DNA from: an uncultured Gammaproteobacteria bacterium
GTDB taxonomy: Bacteria; Pseudomonadota; Gammaproteobacteria; Arenicellales; JAANXG01
Length of the DNA stretch: 64,000 bases
NCBI GenBank assembly: GCA_963731035.1
Contig: CAVSUY010000015.1
Location: 50,955-114,954 of the forward strand
Direction of reading: 5' to 3'
This document shows, piece by piece, positions 31,193-40,349 of the stretch (its first letter is position 1; each line of letters starts with the position of its first letter). Made by a program: the position numbers and the translations under genes. Below the pieces are notes generated by a model. That model saw only the letters and a list, made by a program, of their open reading frames with translations, made no database searches and was not told where the DNA came from.

Positions 31193-31767
31193 TGCGGCTT
31201 GTACCGGATTCCGGGGCGCTCGGTCGCTGATCGCGGCTGAAGCCGCTCCTACAATCCGGGGGTGCGCACCGCGATGGAGCCCCGGATTGACTGATGGGGC
31301 TTGTGCCGGGTTCCGGGGCGCTCGGTCGCTGATCGCGGCTGAAGCCGCTCCTACAATCCGGGGGTGCGCACCGCGATGGAGCCCCGGATTGACTGATGGG
31401 GCTTGTGCCGGGTTCCGGGGCGCTCGGTCGCTGATCGCGGCTGAAGCCGCTCCTACAATCCGGGGGTGCGCACCGCGATGGAGCCCCGGATTGACTGATG
31501 GGGCTTGTGCCGGGTTCCGGGGCGCTCGGTCGCTGATCGCGGCTGAAGCCGCTCCTACAATCCGGGGGTGCGCACCGCGATGGAGCCCCGGATTGACTGA
31601 TGGGGCTTGTGCCGGGTTCCGGGGCGCTCGGTCGCTGATCGCGGCTGAAGCCGCTCCTACAATCCGGGGGTGCGCACCGCGATGGAGCCCCGGATTGACT
31701 GATGGGGCTTGTGCCGGGTTCCGGGGCGCTCGGTCGCTGATCGCGGCTGAAGCCGCTCCTACAATCC
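31189..31767. repeat. Tandem array of a 102-bp unit (5.7 copies), each unit containing one REP
   Basis: Unit CTGATGGGGCTTGTGCCGGGTTCCGGGGCGCTCGGTCGCTGATCGCGGCTGAAGCCGCTCCTACAATCCGGGGGTGCGCACCGCGATGGAGCCCCGGATTGA. Copies start at 31189 (3 mismatches), 31291, 31393, 31495, 31597 (identical) and 31699 (partial). The first unit includes the bamD TGA. Confidence 0.92.
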
Positions 31768-31793
31768 GACGTTCTATCGCATTGCCGATCCTC

Positions 31794-31820
31794 GGATTGT
31801 AGGAGCGGCTTCAGCCGCGA
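31794..31820. repeat. REP in inverted orientation closing the tandem array
   Basis: GGATTGTAGGAGCGGCTTCAGCCGCGA, the reverse complement of the REP in the last array unit (31740-31767), 26 nt away. Confidence 0.85.
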
Positions 31821-31833
31821 ATGCCGTCAGCTG

Positions 31834-33471
31834 CTAGGGTTTCCAGCTCAAAGGCCGGTATCCCGAGGTGATCGGGTAGCGCCAGTCACGCCCGAAGGCG
31901 CGGGCGGTGATACGGATGCCAGTCGGCGCCTGACGGCGCTTGTACTCGTTGCGCTCGACCAGGTTAATGACATTATGTACTACCTCCTCGTCGTATCCGA
32001 GCGCCACAATGCGCTCCGCGGAAAGACCCTGCTCCACATACAGCGCCAGGATGGGGTCCAGCACTTCGTAGGGCGGCAGGCTGTTGCTGTCGAGCTGGTC
32101 CGGTGCCAGCTCCGCCGACGGCGGCCGATCGAGAACCCGCTGTGGAATCACGGCTCCGCGCGTGTTGCGCAGTCGCGCCAGGCCGTACACCAGGGTCTTG
32201 GGCACGTCCTTGATCACCGCGAAGCCGCCCGCCATGTCGCCGTACAGCGTGGCGTAGCCAACCGCCATCTCGCTCTTGTTGCCGGTCGTGAGCACGATAT
32301 GGCCGAACTTGTTGGACAAGGCCATGAGCAGGACGCCGCGGCAGCGCGCCTGGATATTCTCTTCGGTGGTATCGACGGGATGGCCCTCGAACATGGTCTC
32401 GAGCGAGGACAGGAACGATTCGAAGATCGGCTGGATGGGGATGGTATGGTGCTCGACCCCAAGCGCACGCGCCTCCGAGGCGGCATCCTCCAGACTCATT
32501 TCCGCGGTGTAACGCGACGGCATCAGCACGCCCTGCACGCGCTCCGGGCCCAGGGCGTCGACCGCTATCGCCAGAGTCAGCGAGGAATCGATGCCGCCGG
32601 ACAAGCCCACCACGGCGCCCGGAAACCCGTTCTTGTTCACGTAGTCCCGTACCCCGAGGGTCAAGCCGTTGTACACGCTCTCCTCCAGGGAGTATTCGTC
32701 GACGATCCGGCTGGGAACGGGCGCGGTCTGCCGACCCCCGGTCAACTCCACGATCTCGAGCTTTTCCTGGAACTGTTCGGCACGCTGGGTGACGCGCCCT
32801 TCAGCATCCACCACGAACGAGGCGCCGTCGAATATCAACTCATCCTGCCCCCCGACCTGATTGACGTAGAGGATCGGAACACCGCAGTCTCTCGCCTTCG
32901 CGCTGACTATCCGGTTCCTCTCGGCAATGCGGTCGATATGAAACGGCGATGCGTTGATATTGACCACGAAGTCCGCCCCGCTCTGCGCCGCCGCCTCCAC
33001 TGGACCGGTTTGCCAGACATCCTCGCAAATCGTGAGGCCGATCCGCTTGCCCTCGTAGTCCACGACGCAGGGCTTGTTCCCGGCGGTAAAGTATCGCTTT
33101 TCATCGAACACGCTGTAGTTCGGCAGACAACGTTTGTGGTAGGTCGCTTCCACCCGGCCGTTCAGTATCAGGCTCGCCGCGTTCGCCAGGCCGCCCTCCG
33201 AGCGGCGGGGGTAGCCCAGGATTACCGCGATGTCCGGAGGCAGGTCGGCCAACAGGTGATCGAACGCCGCCTCGTTGGCGTCAATGAAGTCGGGCCTGAG
33301 CAGCAGGTCTTCCGGCGGATAGCCGCTCAGCGCCAACTCGGTGAATACCACCATGACGCAGCCCCGCTCCCGGGCCTGCAGCGTCGTTTCCAGGATTCGT
33401 CGGCGGTTGGCCCGAATGTCTCCCACCAGCAGATTCAACTGTGCCAGGGCGAGTCTGAAGTTGTCGGTCAT
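31834..33471 (-). CDS. nadE: Glutamine-dependent NAD+ synthetase
   Basis: 545 aa. N-terminal carbon-nitrogen hydrolase domain and C-terminal NAD synthase domain with SGGIDS. Confidence 0.93.
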   Translation of the reverse strand: MTDNFRLALAQLNLLVGDIRANRRRILETTLQARERGCVMVVFTELALSGYPPEDLLLRPDFIDANEAAFDHLLADLPPDIAVILGYPRRSEGGLANAASLILNGRVEATYHKRCLPNYSVFDEKRYFTAGNKPCVVDYEGKRIGLTICEDVWQTGPVEAAAQSGADFVVNINASPFHIDRIAERNRIVSAKARDCGVPILYVNQVGGQDELIFDGASFVVDAEGRVTQRAEQFQEKLEIVELTGGRQTAPVPSRIVDEYSLEESVYNGLTLGVRDYVNKNGFPGAVVGLSGGIDSSLTLAIAVDALGPERVQGVLMPSRYTAEMSLEDAASEARALGVEHHTIPIQPIFESFLSSLETMFEGHPVDTTEENIQARCRGVLLMALSNKFGHIVLTTGNKSEMAVGYATLYGDMAGGFAVIKDVPKTLVYGLARLRNTRGAVIPQRVLDRPPSAELAPDQLDSNSLPPYEVLDPILALYVEQGLSAERIVALGYDEEVVHNVINLVERNEYKRRQAPTGIRITARAFGRDWRYPITSGYRPLSWKP

Positions 33472-33618
33472 TGACCTGGTGCTCCACTTCGTTTGACGGA
33501 ATGGTATTCGAATCCAGCTGTCATGTGTAACTGAGGAAAGTGCTATTCATCAGTACTTTGAAGTTTACGGCAAAGCCTCATTCAACTATCACATCGCCCC
33601 GGGGAGAAATCCGGGCCA

Positions 33619-33780
33619 GGAGCCTGTCCGAGTAATCTTCACGTAGCGAGGAAGTGGGAGAGCGAGGATAGTTTTTCGAAGGTTTGAGGAGCATAGTAGT
33701 AGCACCGTGACGAAAAACTTCGGGAAAATGGACCGCTCCCCCGCTTTCGCAGTAGTAGAACGATTACTCGGACAAGCTCC
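33619..33780. other. 162-nt extended imperfect hairpin in the nadE / DUF482 divergent intergenic region
   Basis: Outer stem 33619-33637 / 33762-33780 (19 bp, 1 mismatch). Middle stem about 33646-33664 / 33734-33750 (imperfect). Inner stem AGTTTTTCG 33670-33678 / CGAAAAACT 33711-33719. 32-nt apical loop. Confidence 0.45.
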
Positions 33781-33792
33781 TAGACTCGCGCC

Positions 33793-34944
33793 ATGCACAC
33801 GCACACGATAGAAAGCATATCCGAGATAGACGCGGAGCAATGGGACCGCATGAACCGCGGCGACTATCCTTTCATCCGCCACGCGTTCCTCGCGGGACTG
33901 GAGCGCACCGGCTGCGTTGGCGCCGATACCGGATGGGAGCCCCGGCACATGCTGGTCTACGACGGTCCGGAACGCAAGGTACTGCTCGGCGGCGCTCCCC
34001 TTTACTTGAAGTACCACTCCTGGGGCGAGTACGTCTTCGATTGGGCCTGGGCGGACGCGTACCAGCGGGCCGGCCTGCCCTACTATCCCAAGCTGCTGTG
34101 CGCCGTTCCCTTCACGCCGGCTACCGGTCCGCGTCTATTGGTGTCGCCCGACGCCGCGCATCCGGGCGAGGTTCGCAAGTCTCTGATCAAGGGGATCCTG
34201 CGACTGGCGCGGGACCTGGATCTGTCGTCGGTGCACTGGCTGTTCACCGACGCCGCCGACACTGCGGCGCTGGAAAGCGAAGGTCTGCTGAAGCGAACGG
34301 GCAATCAGTTTCACTGGAATCGCCGGAGCTGCCGCGACTTCGACGACTACCTGGGAAGCCTGACCTCCAAGCGGCGTAAACAGGTGCGCAGGGAGCGGCG
34401 ACAGGTCGAGGAAGCGGGCGTGACGGTTCGCATGATCGAAGGGCCCGACCTGGATCGCCGCCACTGGGATGCCATGTACCGGTTCTATCAGAACACGATC
34501 CACGAGCGCGGTGCGATTCCCTACCTGTCGAGAGAATTCTTTGCCTCCCTGGCGACGCAGATGAAGGATCGGGTGTTGATTGCGGCAGCCTTCGATCCGG
34601 ACGGACAGATCATCGCCGGGGCCCTGTACTTCAAGAGCGAGGACACGCTCTACGGGCGCTATTGGGGTGCGTCAACATTCTACGAAGGACTGCATTTCGA
34701 GACCTGCTATTACCAACCCATCGACTACTGCCTGCGGCATGGATTTGCGCGATTCGAAGCCGGGGCCCAGGGTGAACACAAGCTCAATCGCGGACTGACG
34801 CCCACCCCGACTTACTCGGCACACTGGCTGGCGCATCCGAAGTTCGAGGACGCGATCCGGGACTTTCTCCACGCCGAGACCCGGCAGGTCGAGCGCTACG
34901 CCCGAATCCTGGAGCAACACAGCCCGTTCCGGCGCGAATCGTGA
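33793..34944 (+). CDS. DUF482 / FemAB-like GNAT-fold protein
   Basis: 383 aa. MHTHTIESISEIDAEQWDRMNRGDYPFIRHAFLAGLERTGCV matches the conserved N-terminus of the DUF482 family as I remember it. Confidence 0.72.
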   Translation: MHTHTIESISEIDAEQWDRMNRGDYPFIRHAFLAGLERTGCVGADTGWEPRHMLVYDGPERKVLLGGAPLYLKYHSWGEYVFDWAWADAYQRAGLPYYPKLLCAVPFTPATGPRLLVSPDAAHPGEVRKSLIKGILRLARDLDLSSVHWLFTDAADTAALESEGLLKRTGNQFHWNRRSCRDFDDYLGSLTSKRRKQVRRERRQVEEAGVTVRMIEGPDLDRRHWDAMYRFYQNTIHERGAIPYLSREFFASLATQMKDRVLIAAAFDPDGQIIAGALYFKSEDTLYGRYWGASTFYEGLHFETCYYQPIDYCLRHGFARFEAGAQGEHKLNRGLTPTPTYSAHWLAHPKFEDAIRDFLHAETRQVERYARILEQHSPFRRES

Positions 34945-34996
34945 GCCGAGCCACGACGTCTTGCGTATGAGCGGCGCCTGCTCCAAACTTGTCGTC

Positions 34997-35695
34997 ATGC
35001 ACTTGCTGTCGAACCGCACCACGTCGATGTTCCCTCCGGTCGAACACGCCTCGCCCGAAGGTCTGCTGGCCATCGGCGGCGATCTGTCCAGCCGGCGCCT
35101 GCTCGACGCCTACCGGCACGGGATCTTCCCATGGTACAGCGCCGGCCAGCCGATCCTGTGGTGGTCCCCCGACCCGCGCGCGGTGCTCTACCCTGGGGAC
35201 TTCAGGATCTCGCGCAGCCTGGGCAAGACTCTGCAGAAGAACACTTTTGCCGTCACCTTCGACCATGATTTCGAGGCCGTCATCCGGGCCTGTGCGGAAC
35301 CTCGCCTGATCGGCGGCTCGCCGAGCTCCGGAACCTGGATCACGCGGGAAATGAACTCCGCCTACGTCGAGCTCCATCGCGCCGGATATGCGCATTCCGT
35401 GGAAGCCTGGTCGGGCACCACGCTGGTCGGCGGCCTGTACGGCGTGGCCATGGGCCGCGCGTTCTTCGGGGAGAGCATGTTTCACCGAGCGACCGATGCC
35501 TCGAAGGTGGCGCTGGCCGGACTGGTCAAGCTGCTGAAGCATTGGAAGTTCCGTTTCATCGACTGCCAACTGCCGTCCGGGCACGTCATCAGCCTCGGGG
35601 CCGTGGAGATCCCGCGTACCCGGTTTCTGGAGGAGCTCGACGCGGCTTTGAAGCACCCGGACCCCGCGTTTCAATGGACCGAGCAGGTCGTATAG
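34997..35695 (+). CDS. aat: Leucyl/phenylalanyl-tRNA--protein transferase
   Basis: GLLAIGGDLSSRRLLDAYRHGIFPWYSAGQPILWWSPDPRAVL ... GTWITREM ... GGLYGVAMGRAFFGESMF. Start at ATG 34997 chosen by length comparison with known Aat proteins. Confidence 0.88.
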   Translation: MHLLSNRTTSMFPPVEHASPEGLLAIGGDLSSRRLLDAYRHGIFPWYSAGQPILWWSPDPRAVLYPGDFRISRSLGKTLQKNTFAVTFDHDFEAVIRACAEPRLIGGSPSSGTWITREMNSAYVELHRAGYAHSVEAWSGTTLVGGLYGVAMGRAFFGESMFHRATDASKVALAGLVKLLKHWKFRFIDCQLPSGHVISLGAVEIPRTRFLEELDAALKHPDPAFQWTEQVV

Positions 35696-35706
35696 AAGGA
35701 CCAGCC

Positions 35707-36417
35707 GTGGGCGCACTCCCGGAACACGTCAAGATCTACCTGTCGGCGCCGCACGAGTGCCCCTACCTCCCCTCGGAGACCGCCAGCAGTCTCATTATCG
35801 ACCCCAATATGAGCGTCGACCGCAACGCGTTGACGTTCTTCACGGTGAACGGATTCCGCCGCAGCGGCGACGTCATCTACCGGCCGCACTGCGCCCAGTG
35901 CAGTGCGTGCGTGTCGGTGCGCATACCCATCGACGAATTCCAACCGAACCGGAGCCAGAAACGCACCGTCGGGCGGAACCGGGATCTGCGCATCGAGGCG
36001 GGACCGGCCCGCTATGACGACGCCCACTTTGAACTTTACCTTCGTTATCAGCGTTCCCGGCACCCGGACAGCGAGATGTGCGACCCGGATCCGGAGCAGT
36101 ACCGGCGATTCCTGGTGAACGACCGGCACGAAACCTGGTTCTACGAAATGCATGACGGCCCGAACCTGGCGGCGGTGGCGGTATGCGACCGGCTCAACGA
36201 CGGGCTATCCGCGATCTATACCTTCTTTTCGCCGGACCAGGCCGAACGCAGTCTGGGCACCTTCGCCATCCTGCACCAGGTGGAGGAAGCGAGGAAGCTC
36301 GGGCTCGATTTCGTGTATCTGGGATACTGGATCGCCGAGTGTCAAAAGATGTCCTACAAGACCAATTTCAAACCGATTCAAGGCCTGGTAAACGGCACCT
36401 GGCAGCAGATCGGTTAA
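35707..36417 (+). CDS. bpt: Arginyltransferase / aspartate-glutamate leucyltransferase Bpt
   Basis: ECPYLP ... GFRRSG ... YRPHCAQCSACVSVRI ... YLGYWI motifs. GTG 35707 start. Confidence 0.85.
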   Translation: MGALPEHVKIYLSAPHECPYLPSETASSLIIDPNMSVDRNALTFFTVNGFRRSGDVIYRPHCAQCSACVSVRIPIDEFQPNRSQKRTVGRNRDLRIEAGPARYDDAHFELYLRYQRSRHPDSEMCDPDPEQYRRFLVNDRHETWFYEMHDGPNLAAVAVCDRLNDGLSAIYTFFSPDQAERSLGTFAILHQVEEARKLGLDFVYLGYWIAECQKMSYKTNFKPIQGLVNGTWQQIG

Positions 36418-36573
36418 TCGCGCGAGCAGCGAAGCTGTTGAAATAAAAAGAATCGGGCGTTCTCACTTGTTCCCGAAACGCCGCACCGGGACAGTGCGGC
36501 GCCGGACGGGGACTTTACGCCGTCACAGAGGTGGGGCATCATACGCGCCCGTTTGACAACGCAAGAGTAGAAT

Positions 36574-36792
36574 TTGGCCAGAGAAGATCATATAGAAATG
36601 GAGGGCACCGTCATCGAGACGCTGCCCAATACGCAGTTTCGAGTCGAGCTCGAAAACGGGCATGTCGTCATCGCGCACATCTCGGGCAAGATGCGAAAGC
36701 ACTACATTCGAATCCTGCGCGGCGACAAGGTAACGGTACAGCTCACCCCCTACGACCTGTCCAAGGGCCGGATCACCTATCGAAGCCGGTGA
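36574..36792 (+). CDS. infA: Translation initiation factor IF-1
   Basis: 72 aa: [69 protein letters not shown]. The start codon is TTG. Confidence 0.93.
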   Translation: MAREDHIEMEGTVIETLPNTQFRVELENGHVVIAHISGKMRKHYIRILRGDKVTVQLTPYDLSKGRITYRSR

Positions 36793-36948
36793 ACGGCGCC
36801 CCCGGCTGCACCCTCCAGCACTTCCAGGCAAGCGCCCGCGGCGCTTCGAAGTATCGCCCCGAGATAGGCGGCCGGTTTCCGATAGTCCTCTGTCCCCGGG
36901 TGGCGCCGGCGGCCGGCAGGCACGAGCGGCGTGCATTCCGCCGCCCGA

Positions 36949-36964
36949 CTGTATAAAATCACAG
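36949..36964. promoter_or_regulatory. SOS box (LexA operator) CTGTATAAAATCACAG
   Basis: Exact CTGT-N8-ACAG palindrome 26 nt upstream of the lexA start. Confidence 0.82.
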
Positions 36965-36989
36965 CGAGCCACCACCGGGAGAGTAACGC

Positions 36990-37607
36990 TTGGAAGCTCT
37001 GACGAGCCGGCAGCAAGAGGTTCTGGAATTCATTCTTCGCTATATCGGCAGGAACGGCATGCCGCCGACGCGGGCGGAGATTGCCTCTTCCATGGGTTTT
37101 CGTTCCGCCAATGCCGCCGAGGACCATCTCAAGGCCCTGGAGCGGAAGGGGGCCATCACGTTGAGCCATGGCACCTCGCGGGGCATTCGGGTGCACGTGG
37201 ATCGACGCGCTCCGGGCTTTCTGCCGGTGGTGGGACGGGTGGCGGCAGGTGCACCGATTCTCGCGGAGGAACATATATCGGACCAGCTCGAAATTTCCCC
37301 GGATACGTTCCGACCCCGGGCGGACTACCTGCTGAAAGTGCAAGGCACGAGCATGCGGGAAGCCGGGATACTGGACGGAGATCTGCTCGCGGTGCACCGG
37401 TCCCGGGACGCTGCCAACGGCCAGATCGTGGTGGCCCGGGTGAACGACGACGTCACCGTGAAGCGATTCAACCGGCGCGGCAACAAGGTTCGTCTGCTAT
37501 CGGCGAACCCGGAATTTCCGCCCATCGTGGTGGACCTCAAGCGGGACGAACTGACCATAGAAGGCCTCGGTGTCGGCGTGGTGCGGGGCGGCCTCGCGCA
37601 AAAATAG
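36990..37607 (+). CDS. lexA: LexA repressor
   Basis: Winged-helix N-terminus, cleavage site VAAG, catalytic GTSMREAG (Ser) and VTVKRF (Lys). TTG start. Confidence 0.93.
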   Translation: MEALTSRQQEVLEFILRYIGRNGMPPTRAEIASSMGFRSANAAEDHLKALERKGAITLSHGTSRGIRVHVDRRAPGFLPVVGRVAAGAPILAEEHISDQLEISPDTFRPRADYLLKVQGTSMREAGILDGDLLAVHRSRDAANGQIVVARVNDDVTVKRFNRRGNKVRLLSANPEFPPIVVDLKRDELTIEGLGVGVVRGGLAQK

Positions 37608-37756
37608 CGCGGGTCCGGGGCAGGGAGACCGTCACCACAATCGCACGGTCCGGACGACTTCCAGGAGCGACCTTACCTCCATGGAGGGAGAAAATGCCGG
37701 GATCGTCAGCGACGACCCCAGTGCTGTCTCGATAACGCAACCGCCAGGGCAACGAT

Positions 37757-38308
37757 ATGGGCAACCGTCTATCAAAGATCTACACCCGCACCGGTGACGA
37801 CGGCACCACCGGGTTGGGCGACGGCTCGCGCATCGCGAAGGACGATGCCCGCGTCGAGGCAATGGGCGCCGTCGACGAGCTCAACAGTACCCTGGGGCTG
37901 GTGCGCACCGAACCGCTTCCCGACGACATTGCCGCGGTTCTGTCCGATATACAGCACGACCTGTTCGACCTTGGCGGAGAGCTGAGCATTCCCGGCTACC
38001 ATCTCATCAGTGCCGGCGCCGTGGACAAGCTCGAGAAAGAGCTGGACCGGCTCAACGCCGAGCTTGCGCCGCTCAAGGATTTCATTCTTCCGGGCGGTAC
38101 CCGCGCAGCGTCCTGGTGCCACCTCGCGCGATCCATATGTCGACGGGCCGAACGGCGAATCGTCACCCTGGCGCGCGAGACGGAGCAGGCGGACACACCG
38201 AGGCAGTACCTCAACCGTTTGTCGGACTATCTCTTCGTGCTGGCCCGTTACCTGAACAAGAGCGCCGGGGAAACGGACGTGCTGTGGGATCGGAAACGGG
38301 ATGAGTGA
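37757..38308 (+). CDS. PduO-type ATP:cob(I)alamin adenosyltransferase
   Basis: IYTRTGDDGTTGL N-terminus and a four-helix-bundle body typical of PduO/MMAB-type adenosyltransferases. Confidence 0.85.
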   Translation: MGNRLSKIYTRTGDDGTTGLGDGSRIAKDDARVEAMGAVDELNSTLGLVRTEPLPDDIAAVLSDIQHDLFDLGGELSIPGYHLISAGAVDKLEKELDRLNAELAPLKDFILPGGTRAASWCHLARSICRRAERRIVTLARETEQADTPRQYLNRLSDYLFVLARYLNKSAGETDVLWDRKRDE

Positions 38309-38335
38309 TTGACCTTGCTACGCCTCCCGGAAAGT

Positions 38336-38416
38336 ATCGCGGCTGAAGCCGCTCCTACAATCCGATGACTAACGCAGTGCCGAACCCCGGATTGTAGGAG
38401 CGGCTTCAGCCGCGAT
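38336..38416. repeat. Inverted pair of REPs
   Basis: ATCGCGGCTGAAGCCGCTCCTACAATCC (38336-38363) and its reverse complement GGATTGTAGGAGCGGCTTCAGCCGCGAT (38389-38416). Confidence 0.88.
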
Positions 38417-38569
38417 TCCATCCCACGATTCAATCCCACGATTCCATCCCACGATTCCATCCCACGATTCCATCCCACGATTCCATCCCACGATTCCATC
38501 CCACGATTCCATCCCACGATTCGATCCCGCGATTCGATCCCGCGATTCAATCCCACGCGTCAATCCCCC
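38414..38569. repeat. 13-bp tandem repeat, 12 units (consensus GATTCCATCCCAC)
   Basis: Units start at 38414 and recur every 13 nt. Units 3-8 are identical and the flanking units carry 1-4 changes. The array starts in the last 3 nt of a REP and ends over the stop codon of the btuF-like gene (38560-38562). Confidence 0.92.
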
Positions 38570-39537
38570 GTTTTCTGTGTTCCCGCCAGCTTCCGCCGTG
38601 CCCGTTCCAGGAACCCGCAAACCTGCTTCGCCCCTTCCACCAGTCTCGGCGTCTGCCGGTTGATCAGGTCTGAATCAACCAGAAAGATATTGCGCAGCCT
38701 CGACGCGGTCATGTCCGGGTACCTCGACCAGTAGTCGATCAGAGTCTCGGAATTCTTGATGGTGGAGCTGATGAGGATGGCTTCCGGATCCCGGGCCAGA
38801 ACCTGCTCCCGGTTGACCGTGGGGGCGATGGGTGTCAGGTCCTCGAAGATGTTCCGTCCACCGCAAAGTCGCGCGATGGCCGTGAACATATGATGGCCGT
38901 TGAGGGTCATCAACGGGCGCCGCGCCACCTGATAGAAGACCCGAACCGTTCTACGTCCCGCGTAGCGATCTCGCATCCGGTCGATGGCCCTGGTAAAGGC
39001 GCCGGCCTGCTCGCCCGCGGCTTGCTCCGTGCCCAGCAGCCGGCCGATCCGCTTCAGGGCGCGCGGCACGTCGTCGATCTCGCGCGGCTCCAGAACGAAC
39101 ACCGGGATGCCTAGGGACTCCAGTCGCGTCGCGACTCGCGGATTGTTGCCGGATTCCCAACTCATTACCAGGTCCGGCTGCAATGCCACTAGCTCCTCGA
39201 GATTGACACTGAAAGCGTCGCCGATCCTGGGCAGGCGGCGGGCTGCGGGTGGATAGTCGCTGTACCTGCTTACCGCAATCAATCGGTCGCCGCCCCCCGC
39301 CGCATAGACCAGCTCGGTGATGAACGGCGCCAGTGTTATCACCCGCCTCGCCGGCGATTCGAGCTCTACCGCCGCACCCCGGTCGTCCTTCAGGGTGAAC
39401 GGCCACGCCGTCGTCGTACCGAGCGCGAAGACCGCGAACAGCAGTACAATACCGGCACACCAGCGCCAAGGTGCCGGAAATTGTCGGCGACGTTCGGACC
39501 GAGAAACGGGGTGCCCCGTTCTAAAGGCCGATGTCAC
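38560..39537 (-). CDS. Periplasmic cobalamin/iron-siderophore type substrate-binding protein (BtuF-like)
   Basis: RVITLAPFITELVYAAGGGDRLIAVS ... PDLVMSWESGN ... the class III periplasmic binding protein pattern. Start uncertain: GTG 39537, or ATG 39615 which would overlap ampD by about 95 nt. Confidence 0.75.
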   Translation of the reverse strand: MTSAFRTGHPVSRSERRRQFPAPWRWCAGIVLLFAVFALGTTTAWPFTLKDDRGAAVELESPARRVITLAPFITELVYAAGGGDRLIAVSRYSDYPPAARRLPRIGDAFSVNLEELVALQPDLVMSWESGNNPRVATRLESLGIPVFVLEPREIDDVPRALKRIGRLLGTEQAAGEQAGAFTRAIDRMRDRYAGRRTVRVFYQVARRPLMTLNGHHMFTAIARLCGGRNIFEDLTPIAPTVNREQVLARDPEAILISSTIKNSETLIDYWSRYPDMTASRLRNIFLVDSDLINRQTPRLVEGAKQVCGFLERARRKLAGTQKTGD

Positions 39538-40072
39538 GTCGAAATCGACGCCAGTCGAAACGCGGGCCAGGGTCGGTCTTGCGTTCCGGAGCGATGTCGG
39601 AATGGCCGACGACACGGCCGGGACCTATCTCCGGATAGGCGGCCATTAGAGTGCGCGTCAGCTGCGCCAGAGCACGATACTGGGCATCGGTGTATTCGTC
39701 GTCGTCGAGACCTTCGAGCTCGACGCCGATGGAAAAGTCGTTGACTTCGGCGGTCCCCGCCAACGTCGATCGACCCGCATGCCAGGCACGGTCCAGCGTG
39801 GACACGAACTGGGTCATCTCTCCGCCCCGTTTGATCAGGAAGTGGGCGGATACCCGCAGACCACGGACGTGCTCGAAATACGGATGGGCGTCACAATCAA
39901 GAGAGCCGCAGAAGAATCGTTCGACGTTCTCGCCGCCGTACTCACCCGGTGGCAGGCTGATGCAATGAACAACCAGCGCGTTCACGCGGGCGCCGATCGG
40001 TCTTTCGTCGAAATTCACCGAAGGCATCCACCTGATTCCGGACACTCGTCCGGTTCGATTGTCATGCAGCAT
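39521..40072 (-). CDS. ampD: 1,6-anhydro-N-acetylmuramyl-L-alanine amidase AmpD
   Basis: Start at ATG 40072 (MLHDNRTGRVSG). NALVVHCISLPPGEYGG ... SAHFLI ... AWHAG ... NDFSIGVELEG ... VVGHSDIAPERKTDPG is the amidase_2 signature. Confidence 0.86.
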   Translation of the reverse strand: MLHDNRTGRVSGIRWMPSVNFDERPIGARVNALVVHCISLPPGEYGGENVERFFCGSLDCDAHPYFEHVRGLRVSAHFLIKRGGEMTQFVSTLDRAWHAGRSTLAGTAEVNDFSIGVELEGLDDDEYTDAQYRALAQLTRTLMAAYPEIGPGRVVGHSDIAPERKTDPGPRFDWRRFRRDIGL

Positions 40073-40349
40073 TTGCGGGGGAGACTGGAAACAACCGGTT
40101 GTATTGTCTATAAGAATTTCAAGAAAAACGGAACGAAACGAAAAGAAAGCCATCTGCAATCCATCTTGCCACACCCGGTGCACCGAGTGAAATATGGATG
40201 AGCTAAGGCCTCTCGACAAACTGCGAAACCAGGTTTCGCCGCCGCCAGACCAAAGCGATAAACGGGCTCAGTAAGCCGACCGACTTCGGTCCGGCGGCGG
40301 TGCGGCGCGCTAAACTGCACTCGATTCAAAACCGTTTGGTGAAGCTGCA

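Noticed and set aside
31189-31767. Possible CRISPR array (regularly spaced identical 28-nt REPs).
   Set aside because: The spacers between the REPs are themselves identical, because the whole 102-bp unit repeats. There are no unique spacers, no leader and no cas genes. The same reasoning applies to the 13-bp array at 38414-38569.
31287-31802. ORF encoding five perfect 34-aa repeats (MTDGACAGFRGARSLIAAEAAPTIRGCAPRWSPGL x5). A 34-aa/102-bp period is also the TALE repeat length.
   Set aside because: The repeat unit is built around a REP found in non-coding positions elsewhere in the window. The sequence has no similarity to TALE repeats, there is no Shine-Dalgarno sequence, and the ORF is simply a consequence of a 102-bp (3n) DNA repeat in GC-rich sequence.
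33619-33780. 6S RNA (ssrS) assignment for the rod-like hairpin.
   Set aside because: The architecture is reminiscent of 6S, but I see no similarity to gammaproteobacterial 6S sequence. The usual zapA / 5-formyl-THF cyclo-ligase context is absent, and the central bubble is not convincing. It is kept only as an unassigned structured element.
38248-38620. Minus-strand ORFs 38248-38556 and 38369-38620, encoding WNRGMESWDGIVG-type repeats.
   Set aside because: They are translations of the 13-bp microsatellite and REP pair (a 13-aa periodicity arising from 39 nt), lie between convergent genes, and have no start context.
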